From the NCBI RefSeq assembly GCF_054482525.1, contig NZ_CM137006.1: a stretch of 64,000 bases of DNA, one strand, 5' to 3'. Made by a program: the position numbers and the translations under genes. The first letter of the stretch is position 1; each line of letters opens with the position of its first letter. Positions 8,756 through 19,026 of the stretch are shown here, in pieces. The notes beneath the pieces were generated by a model that saw only the letters and a program-made list of their open reading frames with translations, did no database searches and was not told the DNA's origin.

Positions 8756-8910
8756 AAACCGGCCAAGGATAATCCGCTAAAGATTCGCCGGTGGCGAAAG
8801 AGAGCCAAGGTGTCAACCTACGCTATTACTTATGATAATGCAACAGACGAAGCGGGACATATTGGCGCATAACAAATCAGTGCAGGCTAACTGCAGGAAG
8901 AACTTAGGGC

Positions 8911-9177
8911 GTGAACGTAGAAAACCTAAGTAACGCACATTACATCTATAACGAGATGAAAGAGCTACAGCGACAGAAAGGTATACTGGAAAGTGGTGCA
9001 GGGCTTGGTGTGACAATCCAGTCTGCCTATCAATATAGTGCTTTTCTTGAGGCCATACGCCCGCATGCAGTTGCTGAACTTAACAGCCGTATTGAGGAAA
9101 AGAAATCCGCGCTGGTTAATTTGGGTGCTTCCTTCTCTATATACGAGCATAATAAGGCGGGTTGGAAACCCGCCTAA
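8911..9177 (+). CDS. Hypothetical protein
   Basis: 88-aa ORF after Rz; ends in a bidirectional hairpin (ggcgggtt..aacccgcc, about 9152-9176). Confidence 0.35.
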   Translation: MNVENLSNAHYIYNEMKELQRQKGILESGAGLGVTIQSAYQYSAFLEAIRPHAVAELNSRIEEKKSALVNLGASFSIYEHNKAGWKPA

Positions 9178-9182
9178 AGCAC

Positions 9183-9722
9183 TTAGAAACTGCGTGGAGC
9201 TGTGGAAAGAATGGATGCCAGTTCTTCCTTCGATAAATCCCAGCTTCGATTTACAGCGTCAATTTTCTTAAACTCATCAAGCATTGCGTTATAGAGATGT
9301 TCTGTACGTGAATGAGTATTGGCAATGGGCTGTTTCTGTTCGGGGAAGCGATCAATTTTCTGATATGCCTCAATGATACTGAAGTAATCGCATTCATTAT
9401 TACCGTCGAAACCTGGGAGCTGAATTGCCCCATCATGTATTTTTAGATGATGGTCACGGACTAATTCTTTTTGCTCGTCATCACTAAGTTTCCTGAAAGC
9501 ATTGGAAAGTCCGCGATACATATTCAAGACAGCAGTAACAAAATCACGATCTTCTTTACTTGGTTCATCAACATCCAAATGTGAATATTCGGCCTTCATA
9601 ACCCAACCATTACCAGATGACACAGCATATTTAACAAGCTGTGGATCAATATCAGTTTCGATACCTAGGTGGATGGCAATGTCACATAACAAAATGGTAT
9701 TGATTTTATCTTTAATATCCAT
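9183..9722 (-). CDS. YfbU-family (UPF0304-like) protein, antisense to phage late genes
   Basis: 179 aa; by-eye alignment to E. coli YfbU as recalled (..NMY..L, GFD, THS, LSKEELASI); only credible minus-strand gene in the prophage part. Confidence 0.5.
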   Translation of the reverse strand: MDIKDKINTILLCDIAIHLGIETDIDPQLVKYAVSSGNGWVMKAEYSHLDVDEPSKEDRDFVTAVLNMYRGLSNAFRKLSDDEQKELVRDHHLKIHDGAIQLPGFDGNNECDYFSIIEAYQKIDRFPEQKQPIANTHSRTEHLYNAMLDEFKKIDAVNRSWDLSKEELASILSTAPRSF

Positions 9723-9860
9723 GAGTTAACCCTCTGAAGTAAAAAGTAATATCTACACCCGTTAGCTCATGAAGTCTATTGATCTGGCTCATATCAGCGG
9801 CAAATCTATTTCATGGAGATACTCAATGCAGGTCACTTTTGATTTATATAAGGGCGAAAC

Positions 9861-10211
9861 ATGCCAGCACTAATCCCACGAGCCTGCCGTAAACGTGGAT
9901 GTGCAGGTACAACCACAGACAGTTCTGGTTACTGCGATAAACATCGTGGCGAAGGATGGGTACAGCATCAGCGCGGACTGAGTCGCCACCAGCGTGGCTA
10001 TGGCTCGAAATGGGATGCCATACGTGCGCGCATACTGAAGCGTGATAATGATCTGTGTCAGAACTGCCTGCGCAATGGGAGAGCCGTTGAAGCCAGAACT
10101 GTGGACCACATCATTCCGAAAGCTCATGGTGGCTCGGATGCAGACAGTAACCTGCAGAGTCTGTGCTGGCCCTGCCATAAAGCAAAAACAGCGCGCGAAC
10201 GCATCAATTGA
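9861..10211 (+). CDS. HNH endonuclease (packaging-associated)
   Basis: 116 aa; CxxC...DHIIPKAHGGSDADSNLQSLCWPCHKAK; immediately upstream of terminase small subunit. Confidence 0.75.
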   Translation: MPALIPRACRKRGCAGTTTDSSGYCDKHRGEGWVQHQRGLSRHQRGYGSKWDAIRARILKRDNDLCQNCLRNGRAVEARTVDHIIPKAHGGSDADSNLQSLCWPCHKAKTARERIN

Positions 10212-10360
10212 TAACAGTTCCCATCTGTAGGGGAGGGGTGGGTCAAATCCCTGCAGCCCTGGCTGCTCAGTACCGCCGCCTGACCCTTCCTCACATCGCC
10301 GCAGGTTCGAAAACTTTTTTTTTGGAAATGTGAACAAACGATTGATAGGTAAGACCGATT

Positions 10361-10843
10361 ATGTCAGGACCTCCGAAAACCCCGCCACGCCTGCATTTGA
10401 TTCGAGGTAACCCCTCAAAGCGCCCCGTTAAAGACCACAAAAAAACCGCTAAAAAGGATGAAAAAGGTCTTCCTAAAATTCCGCAGCATTTAGGGGCTCA
10501 GGGGAAGTACTGGTTCAGGCGAATGGCGGAAGAGCTGAATGCGGAAGGGATCATTTCTCAGCTTGATGCGCGTGCGCTCGAGCTGCTGGTGGAAGCCTAC
10601 ACCGAATATCGGCATCACTGCGAAACACTCGATGTTGAGGGGTATACCTACCGCACGGAAACGCAGAGCGGTGATGTACTGATTAAGGCGCACCCCGCGG
10701 CGGCAATGAAAGCGGATGCCTGGAAGCGGATCCGGGCAATGCTTGCAGAGTTTGGTATGTCACCGGCAAGCCGGGCTAAAGTAAATATCGCCGGACCGGA
10801 TGATGTTGATCCGCTGGCGGAGCTTTTAAAAGCGAGAGACTGA
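10361..10843 (+). CDS. Terminase small subunit (P27-type)
   Basis: 160 aa basic N-terminus; stop overlaps start of large terminase. Confidence 0.7.
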   Translation: MSGPPKTPPRLHLIRGNPSKRPVKDHKKTAKKDEKGLPKIPQHLGAQGKYWFRRMAEELNAEGIISQLDARALELLVEAYTEYRHHCETLDVEGYTYRTETQSGDVLIKAHPAAAMKADAWKRIRAMLAEFGMSPASRAKVNIAGPDDVDPLAELLKARD

Positions 10844-12600
10844 TGGCAAAAGTGGCTGACGGGATCCGCTACGCCGAACGTGTTGTTGCAGGAGAAATTG
10901 TTGCTGGCGAATTTGTCCGCCTGGCCTGCCAGCGTTTTCTTGATGATCTGAAGTACGGCGAAGAGCGGGGGATTTATTTCAGTGAACCCCGTGCGCAGCA
11001 CATCCTGAATTTCTACAAATTTGTGCCTCATGTAAAAGGGGCGCTGGCAGGCCAGCCCATTGAGTTGATGGACTGGCATGTATTTATCCTCATTAATATT
11101 TTTGGTTTTGTCATTCCGCTGGTCAATGAAGAGACCGGGGAAGTTGTCATGCGCAGCGATGGCAGCGGACGTCCGGTGATGGTGCGCCGGTTCCGGACGG
11201 CGTACAACGAAGTCGCCCGTAAAAACGCAAAATCAACTCTGTCATCGGGTATCGGCCTGTATATGACGGGGGCAGATGGTGAAGGCGGAGCTGAGGTGTA
11301 TTCAGCCGCAACCACGCGTGACCAGGCCAGAATCGTGTTTGAAGACGCCAAAAATATGGTCAGAAAAGCCCGGTCGACACTCGGGCGGTTGTTTGATTTC
11401 AACAAGCTGGCGATTTACCAGGAGCAGAGCGCATCAAAATTTGAACCGCTTTCTTCGGATGCAAACAACCTAGATGGTCTGAACATCCACTGCGCCATTA
11501 TTGATGAGCTGCATGCACATAAAACCCGTGACGTGTGGGACGTTCTGGAAACGGCAACCGGTGCCCGTCTGCAGTCCCTTTTATTTGGTATCACCACGGC
11601 AGGGTTTAACAAGGAAGGGATTTGTTACGAGCAGCGTGATTACGCCATCAAGGTATTGCGTGGCTATAACAGCGACGTGGAGGGCGCGGTAAAAGACGAC
11701 TCCTACTTTGCGATTATTTACACCCTCGATGAGGGAGATGATCCGTTTGATGAAACGGTCTGGCAGAAAGCGAATCCCGGCCTGGGCATCTGTAAACGCT
11801 GGGATGATCTGCGTCGCCTGGCGAAAAAAGCGAAAGAACAGGTCTCTGCGCGGGTGAATTTTTTTACCAAACACATGAATGTGTGGGTAACAGCAGAGTC
11901 TGCCTGGATGGACATGATTAAGTGGGAGAAGTGCGAATACATTGCCCCACGACATGAGCTGAAAACGTATCCCATGTGGGTCGGCGTTGACCTTGCTCAT
12001 AAGATTGATATCTGTGCGGCGGCAAAACTCTGGCGAACGGATAACGGGCATGTTCATGCCGATTTTAAATTCTGGCTTCCGGAAGGACGGCTGGAACGAT
12101 GCTCGCGGCAGCAGGCAGAACTTTACCGGAAGTGGGCGGAGATGGATAAGCTGATTCTGACGGATGGTGATGTTATCGATCATGCTCAGATAAAAAGTGA
12201 CTTACTGGAATGGATTGGTGGTGAAAACCTCAGGGAACTGGGATTTGACCCGTGGAGCGCGATGCAGTTCAGCCTGGCACTGGCTGAAGAAGGGATACCG
12301 CTGGTGGAGGTTCCGCAGACGGTTCGCAATCTGTCAGAGGCCATGAAGGAAACGGAATCACTGGTCTATGCCGGGCGTTTCCATCACAGCAATCATCCGG
12401 TCATGAACTGGATGATGTCTAACGTTACGGTAAAACCGGACAAAAACGACAATATCTTCCCGAATAAATCCACGCTGGAAGCCAAAATCGACGGCCCTGT
12501 TGCGATGTTTACAGCAATGAGCCGGATGCTGGTCAATGGTGGTGAACCGGAGCTGGATCTGTCTGAACATCTGGTCAGCGTGGGCATCCGCTCGCTTTAA
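10843..12600 (+). CDS. Terminase large subunit
   Basis: 585 aa; ATPase Walker-like region and nuclease C-terminal half; position before portal. Confidence 0.85.
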   Translation: MAKVADGIRYAERVVAGEIVAGEFVRLACQRFLDDLKYGEERGIYFSEPRAQHILNFYKFVPHVKGALAGQPIELMDWHVFILINIFGFVIPLVNEETGEVVMRSDGSGRPVMVRRFRTAYNEVARKNAKSTLSSGIGLYMTGADGEGGAEVYSAATTRDQARIVFEDAKNMVRKARSTLGRLFDFNKLAIYQEQSASKFEPLSSDANNLDGLNIHCAIIDELHAHKTRDVWDVLETATGARLQSLLFGITTAGFNKEGICYEQRDYAIKVLRGYNSDVEGAVKDDSYFAIIYTLDEGDDPFDETVWQKANPGLGICKRWDDLRRLAKKAKEQVSARVNFFTKHMNVWVTAESAWMDMIKWEKCEYIAPRHELKTYPMWVGVDLAHKIDICAAAKLWRTDNGHVHADFKFWLPEGRLERCSRQQAELYRKWAEMDKLILTDGDVIDHAQIKSDLLEWIGGENLRELGFDPWSAMQFSLALAEEGIPLVEVPQTVRNLSEAMKETESLVYAGRFHHSNHPVMNWMMSNVTVKPDKNDNIFPNKSTLEAKIDGPVAMFTAMSRMLVNGGEPELDLSEHLVSVGIRSL

Positions 12601-12611
12601 CCGAGGTCATT

Positions 12612-12794
12612 ATGTTTCTGATAATTCTCGCGCCACTGGTGGGCGTGCTGGGTGCGCTTTTGCTGGCGTATGGTGCCTGGCTGATTTATCCCCCGGCGGG
12701 TTTTGTTGTTGCCGGGGTGCTGTGCCTGTTCTGGTCGTGGCTGGTGGCGCGATATCTCGACCGTACACAGCCGTCTGTCGGCGGAGGTAAATAG
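12612..12794 (+). CDS. Small membrane protein (2 predicted TM helices)
   Basis: 60-aa hydrophobic ORF between terminase and portal; stop overlaps portal start. Confidence 0.3.
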   Translation: MFLIILAPLVGVLGALLLAYGAWLIYPPAGFVVAGVLCLFWSWLVARYLDRTQPSVGGGK

Positions 12795-14035
12795 TGTTCT
12801 TTTCGGGATTATTTCAACGAAAAAGTGACGCACCGGTGACCACGCCAGCAGAGCTGGCGGATGCCATCGGGTTGTCTTACGACACCTATACCGGAAAGCA
12901 GATCAGCAGTCAGCGGGCCATGCGACTGACGGCGGTTTTTTCCTGCGTCAGAGTGCTGGCAGAGTCGGTCGGGATGTTGCCCTGCAATCTGTATCACCTG
13001 AACGGCAGCCTGAAACAGAGGGCCACCGGCGAACGTCTGCATAAGCTGATCTCCACGCATCCCAATGGCTATATGACGCCGCAGGAGTTCTGGGAGCTGG
13101 TGGTCACCTGTCTGTGCCTGAGGGGAAACTTTTACGCCTACAAAGTGAAAGCATTTGGCGAAGTGGCTGAACTGCTGCCCGTCGATCCCGGTTGTGTGGT
13201 ACCGAAGCTTAACAGTCGCTGGGAGCCGGTCTATCAGGTCACATTCCCGGACGGTTCCACGGATGTACTGAGCCAGGAAGATATCTGGCATGTGCGCACG
13301 CTGACGCTGGACGGTCTGGTGGGACTGAATCCCATCGCCTATGCCCGCGAGGCAATATCGCTGGCAGCAGCGACCGAAGAGCACGGGGCCAGACTGTTCA
13401 GCAATGGTGCGGTGACGTCCGGTGTGTTGCGTACAGAACAGACGCTGTCGGATCAGGCTTATGAGCGCCTGAAGAAAGATTTTGAGGAGCGTCACACCGG
13501 GCTTGGCAATGCTCACCGCCCGATGATCCTTGAGATGGGGCTGGACTGGAAGTCGATGGCGCTGAACGCCGAGGACAGCCAGTTCCTGGAAACCCGCAAG
13601 TTTCAGCTTGAAGAAATCTGTCGTCTGTTCCGGGTGCCGTTGCACATGGTGCAGAACACCGATCGCGCCACCTTCAACAATATCGAAGAGCTGGGGCTGG
13701 GATTTATCAACTATTCACTGGTGCCGTATCTGACCCGCATCGAACAGCGGATCAACACCGGACTGGTACGAAAAAGTAAGCAGGGCGTTTATTACGCCAA
13801 ATTTAACGCCGGGGCGTTACTGCGCGGGGATATGAAGTCCCGTTTTGAAGCCTACGCCACCGGGATCAACTGGGGAATTTACTCTCCCAATGACTGCCGC
13901 GACCTGGAAGATATGAATCCGCGTCCCGGTGGTGATGTCTATCTCACACCGATGAACATGACCACAAAACCCTCCGATGGCAGTAAAGCCGGTAAGCAGA
14001 AGGATAACGCCAATGCAGACGAAACAACGTCTTGA
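12794..14035 (+). CDS. Portal protein (HK97-type)
   Basis: 413 aa; gene order and HK97-portal-like sequence. Confidence 0.8.
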   Translation: MFFSGLFQRKSDAPVTTPAELADAIGLSYDTYTGKQISSQRAMRLTAVFSCVRVLAESVGMLPCNLYHLNGSLKQRATGERLHKLISTHPNGYMTPQEFWELVVTCLCLRGNFYAYKVKAFGEVAELLPVDPGCVVPKLNSRWEPVYQVTFPDGSTDVLSQEDIWHVRTLTLDGLVGLNPIAYAREAISLAAATEEHGARLFSNGAVTSGVLRTEQTLSDQAYERLKKDFEERHTGLGNAHRPMILEMGLDWKSMALNAEDSQFLETRKFQLEEICRLFRVPLHMVQNTDRATFNNIEELGLGFINYSLVPYLTRIEQRINTGLVRKSKQGVYYAKFNAGALLRGDMKSRFEAYATGINWGIYSPNDCRDLEDMNPRPGGDVYLTPMNMTTKPSDGSKAGKQKDNANADETTS

Positions 14036-14663
14036 TGTACCGCTGAGTCTGAAATCTGTCAGTGACTCCGGTGAGTTTGAAGGGTATGGCTCCGTCTTTG
14101 GTGTAAAGGACAGCCACGATGATGTGGTGATGTCCGGGGCATTTGCTGCTTCCCTGCGGGCGTGGAGTGACAGAAAAGCGTTACCTGCGCTGCTCTGGCA
14201 GCACCGCATGGATGAACCCATCGGTGTTTACACCGAAATGAAGGAAGACGATGTCGGGCTTTACGTCAGGGGACGGTTGCTTATTGATGATGATCCCCTC
14301 GCAAAACGCGCACATGCACACATGAAGGCCGGTTCGTTAACCGGCCTTTCTATTGGGTACGTCCTGAAAGACTGGGAATACGACCGGAGCAAAGAAGCCT
14401 TTCTGCTGAAAGAAATCGACCTCTGGGAAGTCAGCCTGGTGACGTTCCCGTCTAACGACGAGGCGCGGATCAGCGACGTCAAGAACGCACTGGCCCGCGG
14501 GGAAATCCCCGAACAGAAAAAAATCGAAAGAGTCCTGCGTGATGTCGGACTCTCCCGTACCCAGGCCAAAGCATTCATGGCCGGGGGCTATGGCGCACTG
14601 TCCCTGCGCGACGCTGAGGATGTGGGCTCTGCACTGAATGCACTGAAAAATCTAAACTTCTAA
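13977..14663 (+). CDS. Prohead protease (HK97-type)
   Basis: 228 aa between portal and capsid; start may be internal. Confidence 0.7.
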   Translation: MAVKPVSRRITPMQTKQRLDVPLSLKSVSDSGEFEGYGSVFGVKDSHDDVVMSGAFAASLRAWSDRKALPALLWQHRMDEPIGVYTEMKEDDVGLYVRGRLLIDDDPLAKRAHAHMKAGSLTGLSIGYVLKDWEYDRSKEAFLLKEIDLWEVSLVTFPSNDEARISDVKNALARGEIPEQKKIERVLRDVGLSRTQAKAFMAGGYGALSLRDAEDVGSALNALKNLNF

Positions 14664-14677
14664 TCAGGAGAAATACG

Positions 14678-15883
14678 ATGGCGGTTGATATTAAAGATGT
14701 CGAACAGGTCGCGCAGGAGCTGCAGCAGAAGTTTGACGACTTCAAAGCAAAGAACGACAAGCGCGTGGATGCGATTGAGCAGGAAAAAGGCAAACTTGCC
14801 GGGCAGGTGGAAACCCTGAACGGGAAACTCAGCGAGCTGGAAAACCTCAAAAGCGATCTTGAAAAAGAGCTGCTTGAGCTGAAACGTCCGGCAGGTGGTG
14901 CGCAAAATAAACTGGCCACCGAGCATAAAGAAGCGTTTGTGGGCTTCCTGCGTAAAGGCCGTGAAGATGGTCTGCGCGATCTGGAGCGCAAGGCATTACA
15001 GGTGGGCACCGATGAAGACGGCGGCTATGCCGTGCCGGAAGCACTGGATCGCAACATTCTCACCCTGCTGAAAGATGAAGTGGTGATGCGCCAGGAAGCC
15101 ACGGTGATCAGCGTTGGTGGTTCCGACTACAAAAAACTGGTGAATCTGGGCGGCACGGCTTCCGGATGGGTTGGCGAGACTGACGCGCGCTCCCAGACTG
15201 CCACCTCAAAACTGGGCCTGATTGAACCTTTCATGGGGGAAATCTACGGTAACCCGCAGGCCACCCAGAAAATGCTGGATGATGCCTTTTTCAACGTGGA
15301 AGCATGGATCAACAGCGAGCTGGCAACCGAATTTGCCGAACAGGAAGAAATTGCCTTTACCACCGGCGATGGTACCAAGAAGCCGAAAGGGTTCCTGGCG
15401 TATGAGTCCACGGATGAAACAGACAAGGTCCGGGCGTTCGGCAAACTTCAGCATATTGTATCCGGCGAAGCGACGGCGGTGACCGCAGATGCCATTATCA
15501 AACTGATTTACACGCTGCGTAAGGCACACCGCACTGGCGCGAAGTTCATGATGAACAACAACAGTCTGTTTGCCATCCGTCTGCTGAAAGACAGTGAGGG
15601 TAACTATCTGTGGCGTCCGGGGCTGGAGCTGGGGCAGCCGTCCTCTCTGGCGGGTTACGGTATCGCTGAAAACGAACAGATGCCGGATATTGCCGCTGAT
15701 GCGAAAGCCATTGCATTTGGTAACTTCAAACGGGGTTACACCATCGTTGACCGTATCGGTACCCGCATTCTGCGTGACCCGTACACCAATAAACCGTTTG
15801 TCGGTTTTTATACCACCAAGCGCACCGGCGGCATGCTGGTCGATTCGCAGGCCATCAAACTGCTGAAGATTGCAGCGGCGTAA
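14678..15883 (+). CDS. Major capsid protein (HK97 fold) with N-terminal coiled-coil delta domain
   Basis: 401 aa; N-terminal coiled coil, then HK97-like capsid body. Confidence 0.8.
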   Translation: MAVDIKDVEQVAQELQQKFDDFKAKNDKRVDAIEQEKGKLAGQVETLNGKLSELENLKSDLEKELLELKRPAGGAQNKLATEHKEAFVGFLRKGREDGLRDLERKALQVGTDEDGGYAVPEALDRNILTLLKDEVVMRQEATVISVGGSDYKKLVNLGGTASGWVGETDARSQTATSKLGLIEPFMGEIYGNPQATQKMLDDAFFNVEAWINSELATEFAEQEEIAFTTGDGTKKPKGFLAYESTDETDKVRAFGKLQHIVSGEATAVTADAIIKLIYTLRKAHRTGAKFMMNNNSLFAIRLLKDSEGNYLWRPGLELGQPSSLAGYGIAENEQMPDIAADAKAIAFGNFKRGYTIVDRIGTRILRDPYTNKPFVGFYTTKRTGGMLVDSQAIKLLKIAAA

Positions 15884-15934
15884 TCATTCAGGGGGCGCAG
15901 AAGTGCGCCCCCTGTTCTGACAGGTGAAAGAATC

Positions 15935-16123
15935 ATGATCCTGAAACAAGATCTGAAATGGTCACCGGACGGTATGCGTGTTGAGATTATTCGGGCCGGT
16001 GAGTATGAAGATAAAGAATTACCCGAACGGGTACGCGAAATTGCCACTGCAGCTGGGATTGTCTCTGATAAGAGAACACCTGTTGCGCGGGGGGCTGATA
16101 AGTCTAAAAAACAGCATTCATAG
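15935..16123 (+). CDS. Hypothetical small head-module protein
   Basis: 62-aa ORF with RBS, between capsid and connector genes. Confidence 0.3.
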   Translation: MILKQDLKWSPDGMRVEIIRAGEYEDKELPERVREIATAAGIVSDKRTPVARGADKSKKQHS

Positions 16124-16134
16124 AGGTTGCCCAA

Positions 16135-16440
16135 ATGATGCCCACTCTGGAAGAGCTTCGTGTTCAGTGCCGGATTGATGATGACAATGAACAGGAGAAT
16201 TCTCTTCTTATGATGTATCTGGCTGCTGCCAGGGAAGAGGCTGAAAAGTTTTTAAACCGGACGCTTTACGATGAAACTGTTTCTGAGCAGGATACGACCG
16301 GGCTTGTAATAACACCTCTGATAAAACTGCGTCTTATGCAACTGGTTGGCTACTGGTACGAGAACAGGGAAATGCAGGATGCAGTGCCTGATTTTTTCTA
16401 TACCGGACTGCGGATGTATCGATTTCATCCCGGAACATAG
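16135..16440 (+). CDS. Head-tail connector protein (gp6-like)
   Basis: 101 aa; position and size. Confidence 0.55.
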   Translation: MMPTLEELRVQCRIDDDNEQENSLLMMYLAAAREEAEKFLNRTLYDETVSEQDTTGLVITPLIKLRLMQLVGYWYENREMQDAVPDFFYTGLRMYRFHPGT

Positions 16441-16448
16441 GAGGATTC

Positions 16449-16787
16449 ATGCAGGCAGGAAGATTACGTGATCGTGTGGTTATTCTGAATGCCACCACCG
16501 TTCGGTCTCCGTCAGGGCACCCTGTGGAAACAATGACGGAGGGGGCAACCATATGGGCAGAAGTTAAGGGGATCAGTGGCAGGGAGAGAATATCCGGAGG
16601 CGCAGAAACTGCTCAGGCTACAGTGAGGGTCTGGATGAGATTCCGGCGAGATGTAACAGCAACTTCATGTCTGAAAGTGCTGACTGGTGCATTCAAAGGC
16701 GCGATTCTGAGTATAGACGGTCCGCCGATACCGGATGCTCGTGCCACACGGCTTGAGATACTCTGTTCTCAGAAGGGGAATGTGTGA
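16449..16787 (+). CDS. Head-tail adaptor
   Basis: 112 aa; gene order. Confidence 0.5.
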   Translation: MQAGRLRDRVVILNATTVRSPSGHPVETMTEGATIWAEVKGISGRERISGGAETAQATVRVWMRFRRDVTATSCLKVLTGAFKGAILSIDGPPIPDARATRLEILCSQKGNV

Positions 16788-17233
16788 TGGATTTCAGTCT
16801 TGATTTTTCAGGTCTGGCGGATATTGCACGGGATCTGGAGACGCTCAGCAGGGCAGAAAATAATAAGGTACTGCGCGATGCCACCCGTGCCGGTGCTGAA
16901 GTTATGCGGGATGCAGTTGTTGAACGTGCGCCGGAGCGAACCGGGAAACTGAAGAAAAATGTGGTTGTTCTCACTCAGCGTTCAAAGCGTCGCGGGGAAA
17001 TTATCTCGGGTGTCCACATTCGTGGACGGAACCTGCGAACCGGAAACAGTGATAACAGCATGAAAGCCAGTGATCCCCGAAATGCGTTTTACTGGCGCTT
17101 TGTGGAGCTGGGAACGATAAACATGCCCGCGCATCCGTTCATTCGCCCGGCTTTCGATACGACAGAGGAACTGGCAGCACAGATTGCCATACAGCGAATG
17201 AATCAGGCTATTGATGAGGTCTTAAGTAAATGA
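16784..17233 (+). CDS. HK97 gp10-like head-tail joining protein
   Basis: 149 aa; overlapping stop/start coupling. Confidence 0.5.
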   Translation: MMDFSLDFSGLADIARDLETLSRAENNKVLRDATRAGAEVMRDAVVERAPERTGKLKKNVVVLTQRSKRRGEIISGVHIRGRNLRTGNSDNSMKASDPRNAFYWRFVELGTINMPAHPFIRPAFDTTEELAAQIAIQRMNQAIDEVLSK

Positions 17234-17574
17234 GAGAGACCACACTGTATTCCCTGCTGTCTCAACTGGCCGGAGGACAGGTTTATCCTTATGTGGTCCC
17301 GCTGACGGAGGGAAAGCCTGCGGTATCTCCGCCATGGCTGGTATTTTCTGTGGTGTCTGACACTGCGTCTGATGTGCTTGATGGTCAGGCTGAATCCAGA
17401 ATTACCGTGCAGATCGATGTCTGGGCAACAGTACCTGATGACGCAGATGATATCCGTGAGCAGGCGCTTGATGCGGTAAGGCAACTTGCACCCTCCGTTA
17501 TTTCTAAAACTCAGGGTTATGATCCTGATTCCCGTCTGAGCAGAGCCACGCTTGAATTTCAGGTAATAGCCTGA
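17230..17574 (+). CDS. Tail completion-like protein
   Basis: 114 aa; gene order. Confidence 0.45.
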   Translation: MRETTLYSLLSQLAGGQVYPYVVPLTEGKPAVSPPWLVFSVVSDTASDVLDGQAESRITVQIDVWATVPDDADDIREQALDAVRQLAPSVISKTQGYDPDSRLSRATLEFQVIA

Positions 17575-17633
17575 GGTCGTTAATGATTTTACCCACCCGC
17601 CGCTGGCGGGTTTTTTATTTTCAGGAGACGAGT

Positions 17634-18338
17634 ATGTCCTCTAATTTTGAGCGTTCGCAACTGACGAAAATTATGATTTCGTCTGCACCGGTAACAGCAG
17701 AAACCCTGGATTCTGCCAGCTATCTTGGCCTGAGCTGTACAATCAAAGAGGTGCAGTTTACCGCAGGACAAAAGCAGGATATTGATGTCACCACGCTGTG
17801 TTCTGTTGAGCAGGAAAATATTAACGGCCTTGGTGCCGCGTCAGAGATTTCCATGTCAGGCAACTTTTACCTCAATGCTGCCCAGAACGCGTTGCGCAGT
17901 GCCTATGACAATGACACCACGTATGGCTTTAAAGTTATTTTTCCGTCAGGCAACGGATTTACCTTTATGGCAGAGGTGCGTCAGCATACCTGGTCTGCAG
18001 GAACTAATGGTGTTGTGGCTGCAACGTTTTCCCTGCGCCTGAAAGGTAAACCTGTGCTGACGACAGAGCCGCTGAAAGTGAAGGTCGATTTAAACAGCAC
18101 GCTGCAGGTTTCTGCCGGAGCGAAACTCGAAATGGTGGTTGAGGCTGCCGGTGGTGTGCCGCCTTATTCTTATGTCTGGAAGAAAGGTAGTTCTCCTGTT
18201 TCCGGACAGACGGCGGCAACATTCAGTAAGGCATCAGCAGCATCAGGTGATGCCGGTGCGTATACCTGCGAGATTTCTGATTCAGCAAGCCCTGTTAACA
18301 AGGTGACCTCCACTTCCTGCACTGTTACCGTCAGTTAA
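17634..18338 (+). CDS. Major tail protein with C-terminal Ig-like domain
   Basis: ATG at 17634 with RBS aggaga; preceded by hairpin plus T-run at 17598-17620. Confidence 0.7.
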   Translation: MSSNFERSQLTKIMISSAPVTAETLDSASYLGLSCTIKEVQFTAGQKQDIDVTTLCSVEQENINGLGAASEISMSGNFYLNAAQNALRSAYDNDTTYGFKVIFPSGNGFTFMAEVRQHTWSAGTNGVVAATFSLRLKGKPVLTTEPLKVKVDLNSTLQVSAGAKLEMVVEAAGGVPPYSYVWKKGSSPVSGQTAATFSKASAASGDAGAYTCEISDSASPVNKVTSTSCTVTVS

Positions 18339-18724
18339 TGAGGATAGATGTGATGACTAAAAATATCCGCAATCTGGCACTGGCAACGATGTCGGGGTTT
18401 CGCCATAAAACTGTTGATGTGCCTGAATGGGAAGGGGCAACGGTTGTATTACGGGAACCTTCTGCAGAAGCCTGGTTGCGCTGGCAGGAGATCGTTAAAG
18501 CAAAAGATGATGAGACACCGTTATCCGTTGCGGAGCGCGCCCGCCGAAATCTGGAGGCAGATGTTGAACTGTTCATTGATGTTCTGTGTGATACCGGACT
18601 GCAACCTGTATTTTCAGAGGATGATCGTGAACAGGTGATTGCCGTGTATGGCCCGGTGCATGCGCGGCTTCTTCGGCAGTCTCTGGAACTGATCAGTGAT
18701 GCCGGCGAGGTTAAAAAAAAGTAG
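18338..18724 (+). CDS. G: Tail assembly chaperone (lambda G-like)
   Basis: 128 aa; ends in slippery GTT AAA AAA AAG TAG. Confidence 0.7.
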   Translation: MRIDVMTKNIRNLALATMSGFRHKTVDVPEWEGATVVLREPSAEAWLRWQEIVKAKDDETPLSVAERARRNLEADVELFIDVLCDTGLQPVFSEDDREQVIAVYGPVHARLLRQSLELISDAGEVKKK

Positions 18725-19026
18725 AGCTTCCGGGGATGCGTTTTCTGATGATGCTGGCGCTCAGGATGGGGCGCACATTGTCAGAGTTACGCCGGGAAAT
18801 GTCCGCATCAGAAATCATGATGTGGGCAGAATTTGACAGGTTCAGCCCGCTGGGTGACGAGCGGGCTGATATCCGGGCTGCCCAGATAGTTTCTGCGGTT
18901 TACGGTGCGCAGGGTGTCAAAGTCCCACTGAATGATGCGCTTCTTCAGTGGGAACAAGAGCAGACAGAAGGCGTCTCAGATCCATTTGCCGGACTGGAAA
19001 ACGCGCTTTTAATAGTGTCTCAGTGA
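18715..19026 (+). CDS. Tail assembly chaperone extension (T-like), expressed as G-T fusion by -1 frameshift
   Basis: A AAA AAG at 18715-18721; the -1 frame is open from 18721 through ORF 18736-19026. Confidence 0.6.
   Translation, partial: KKVELPGMRFLMMLALRMGRTLSELRREMSASEIMMWAEFDRFSPLGDERADIRAAQIVSAVYGAQGVKVPLNDALLQWEQEQTEGVSDPFAGLENALLIVSQ

Noticed and set aside
11581-12183. 200-aa minus-strand ORF
   Set aside because: Antisense within the terminase large subunit gene.
12809-13645. 278-aa minus-strand ORF
   Set aside because: Antisense within the portal gene; artifact of the opposite strand of a real gene.
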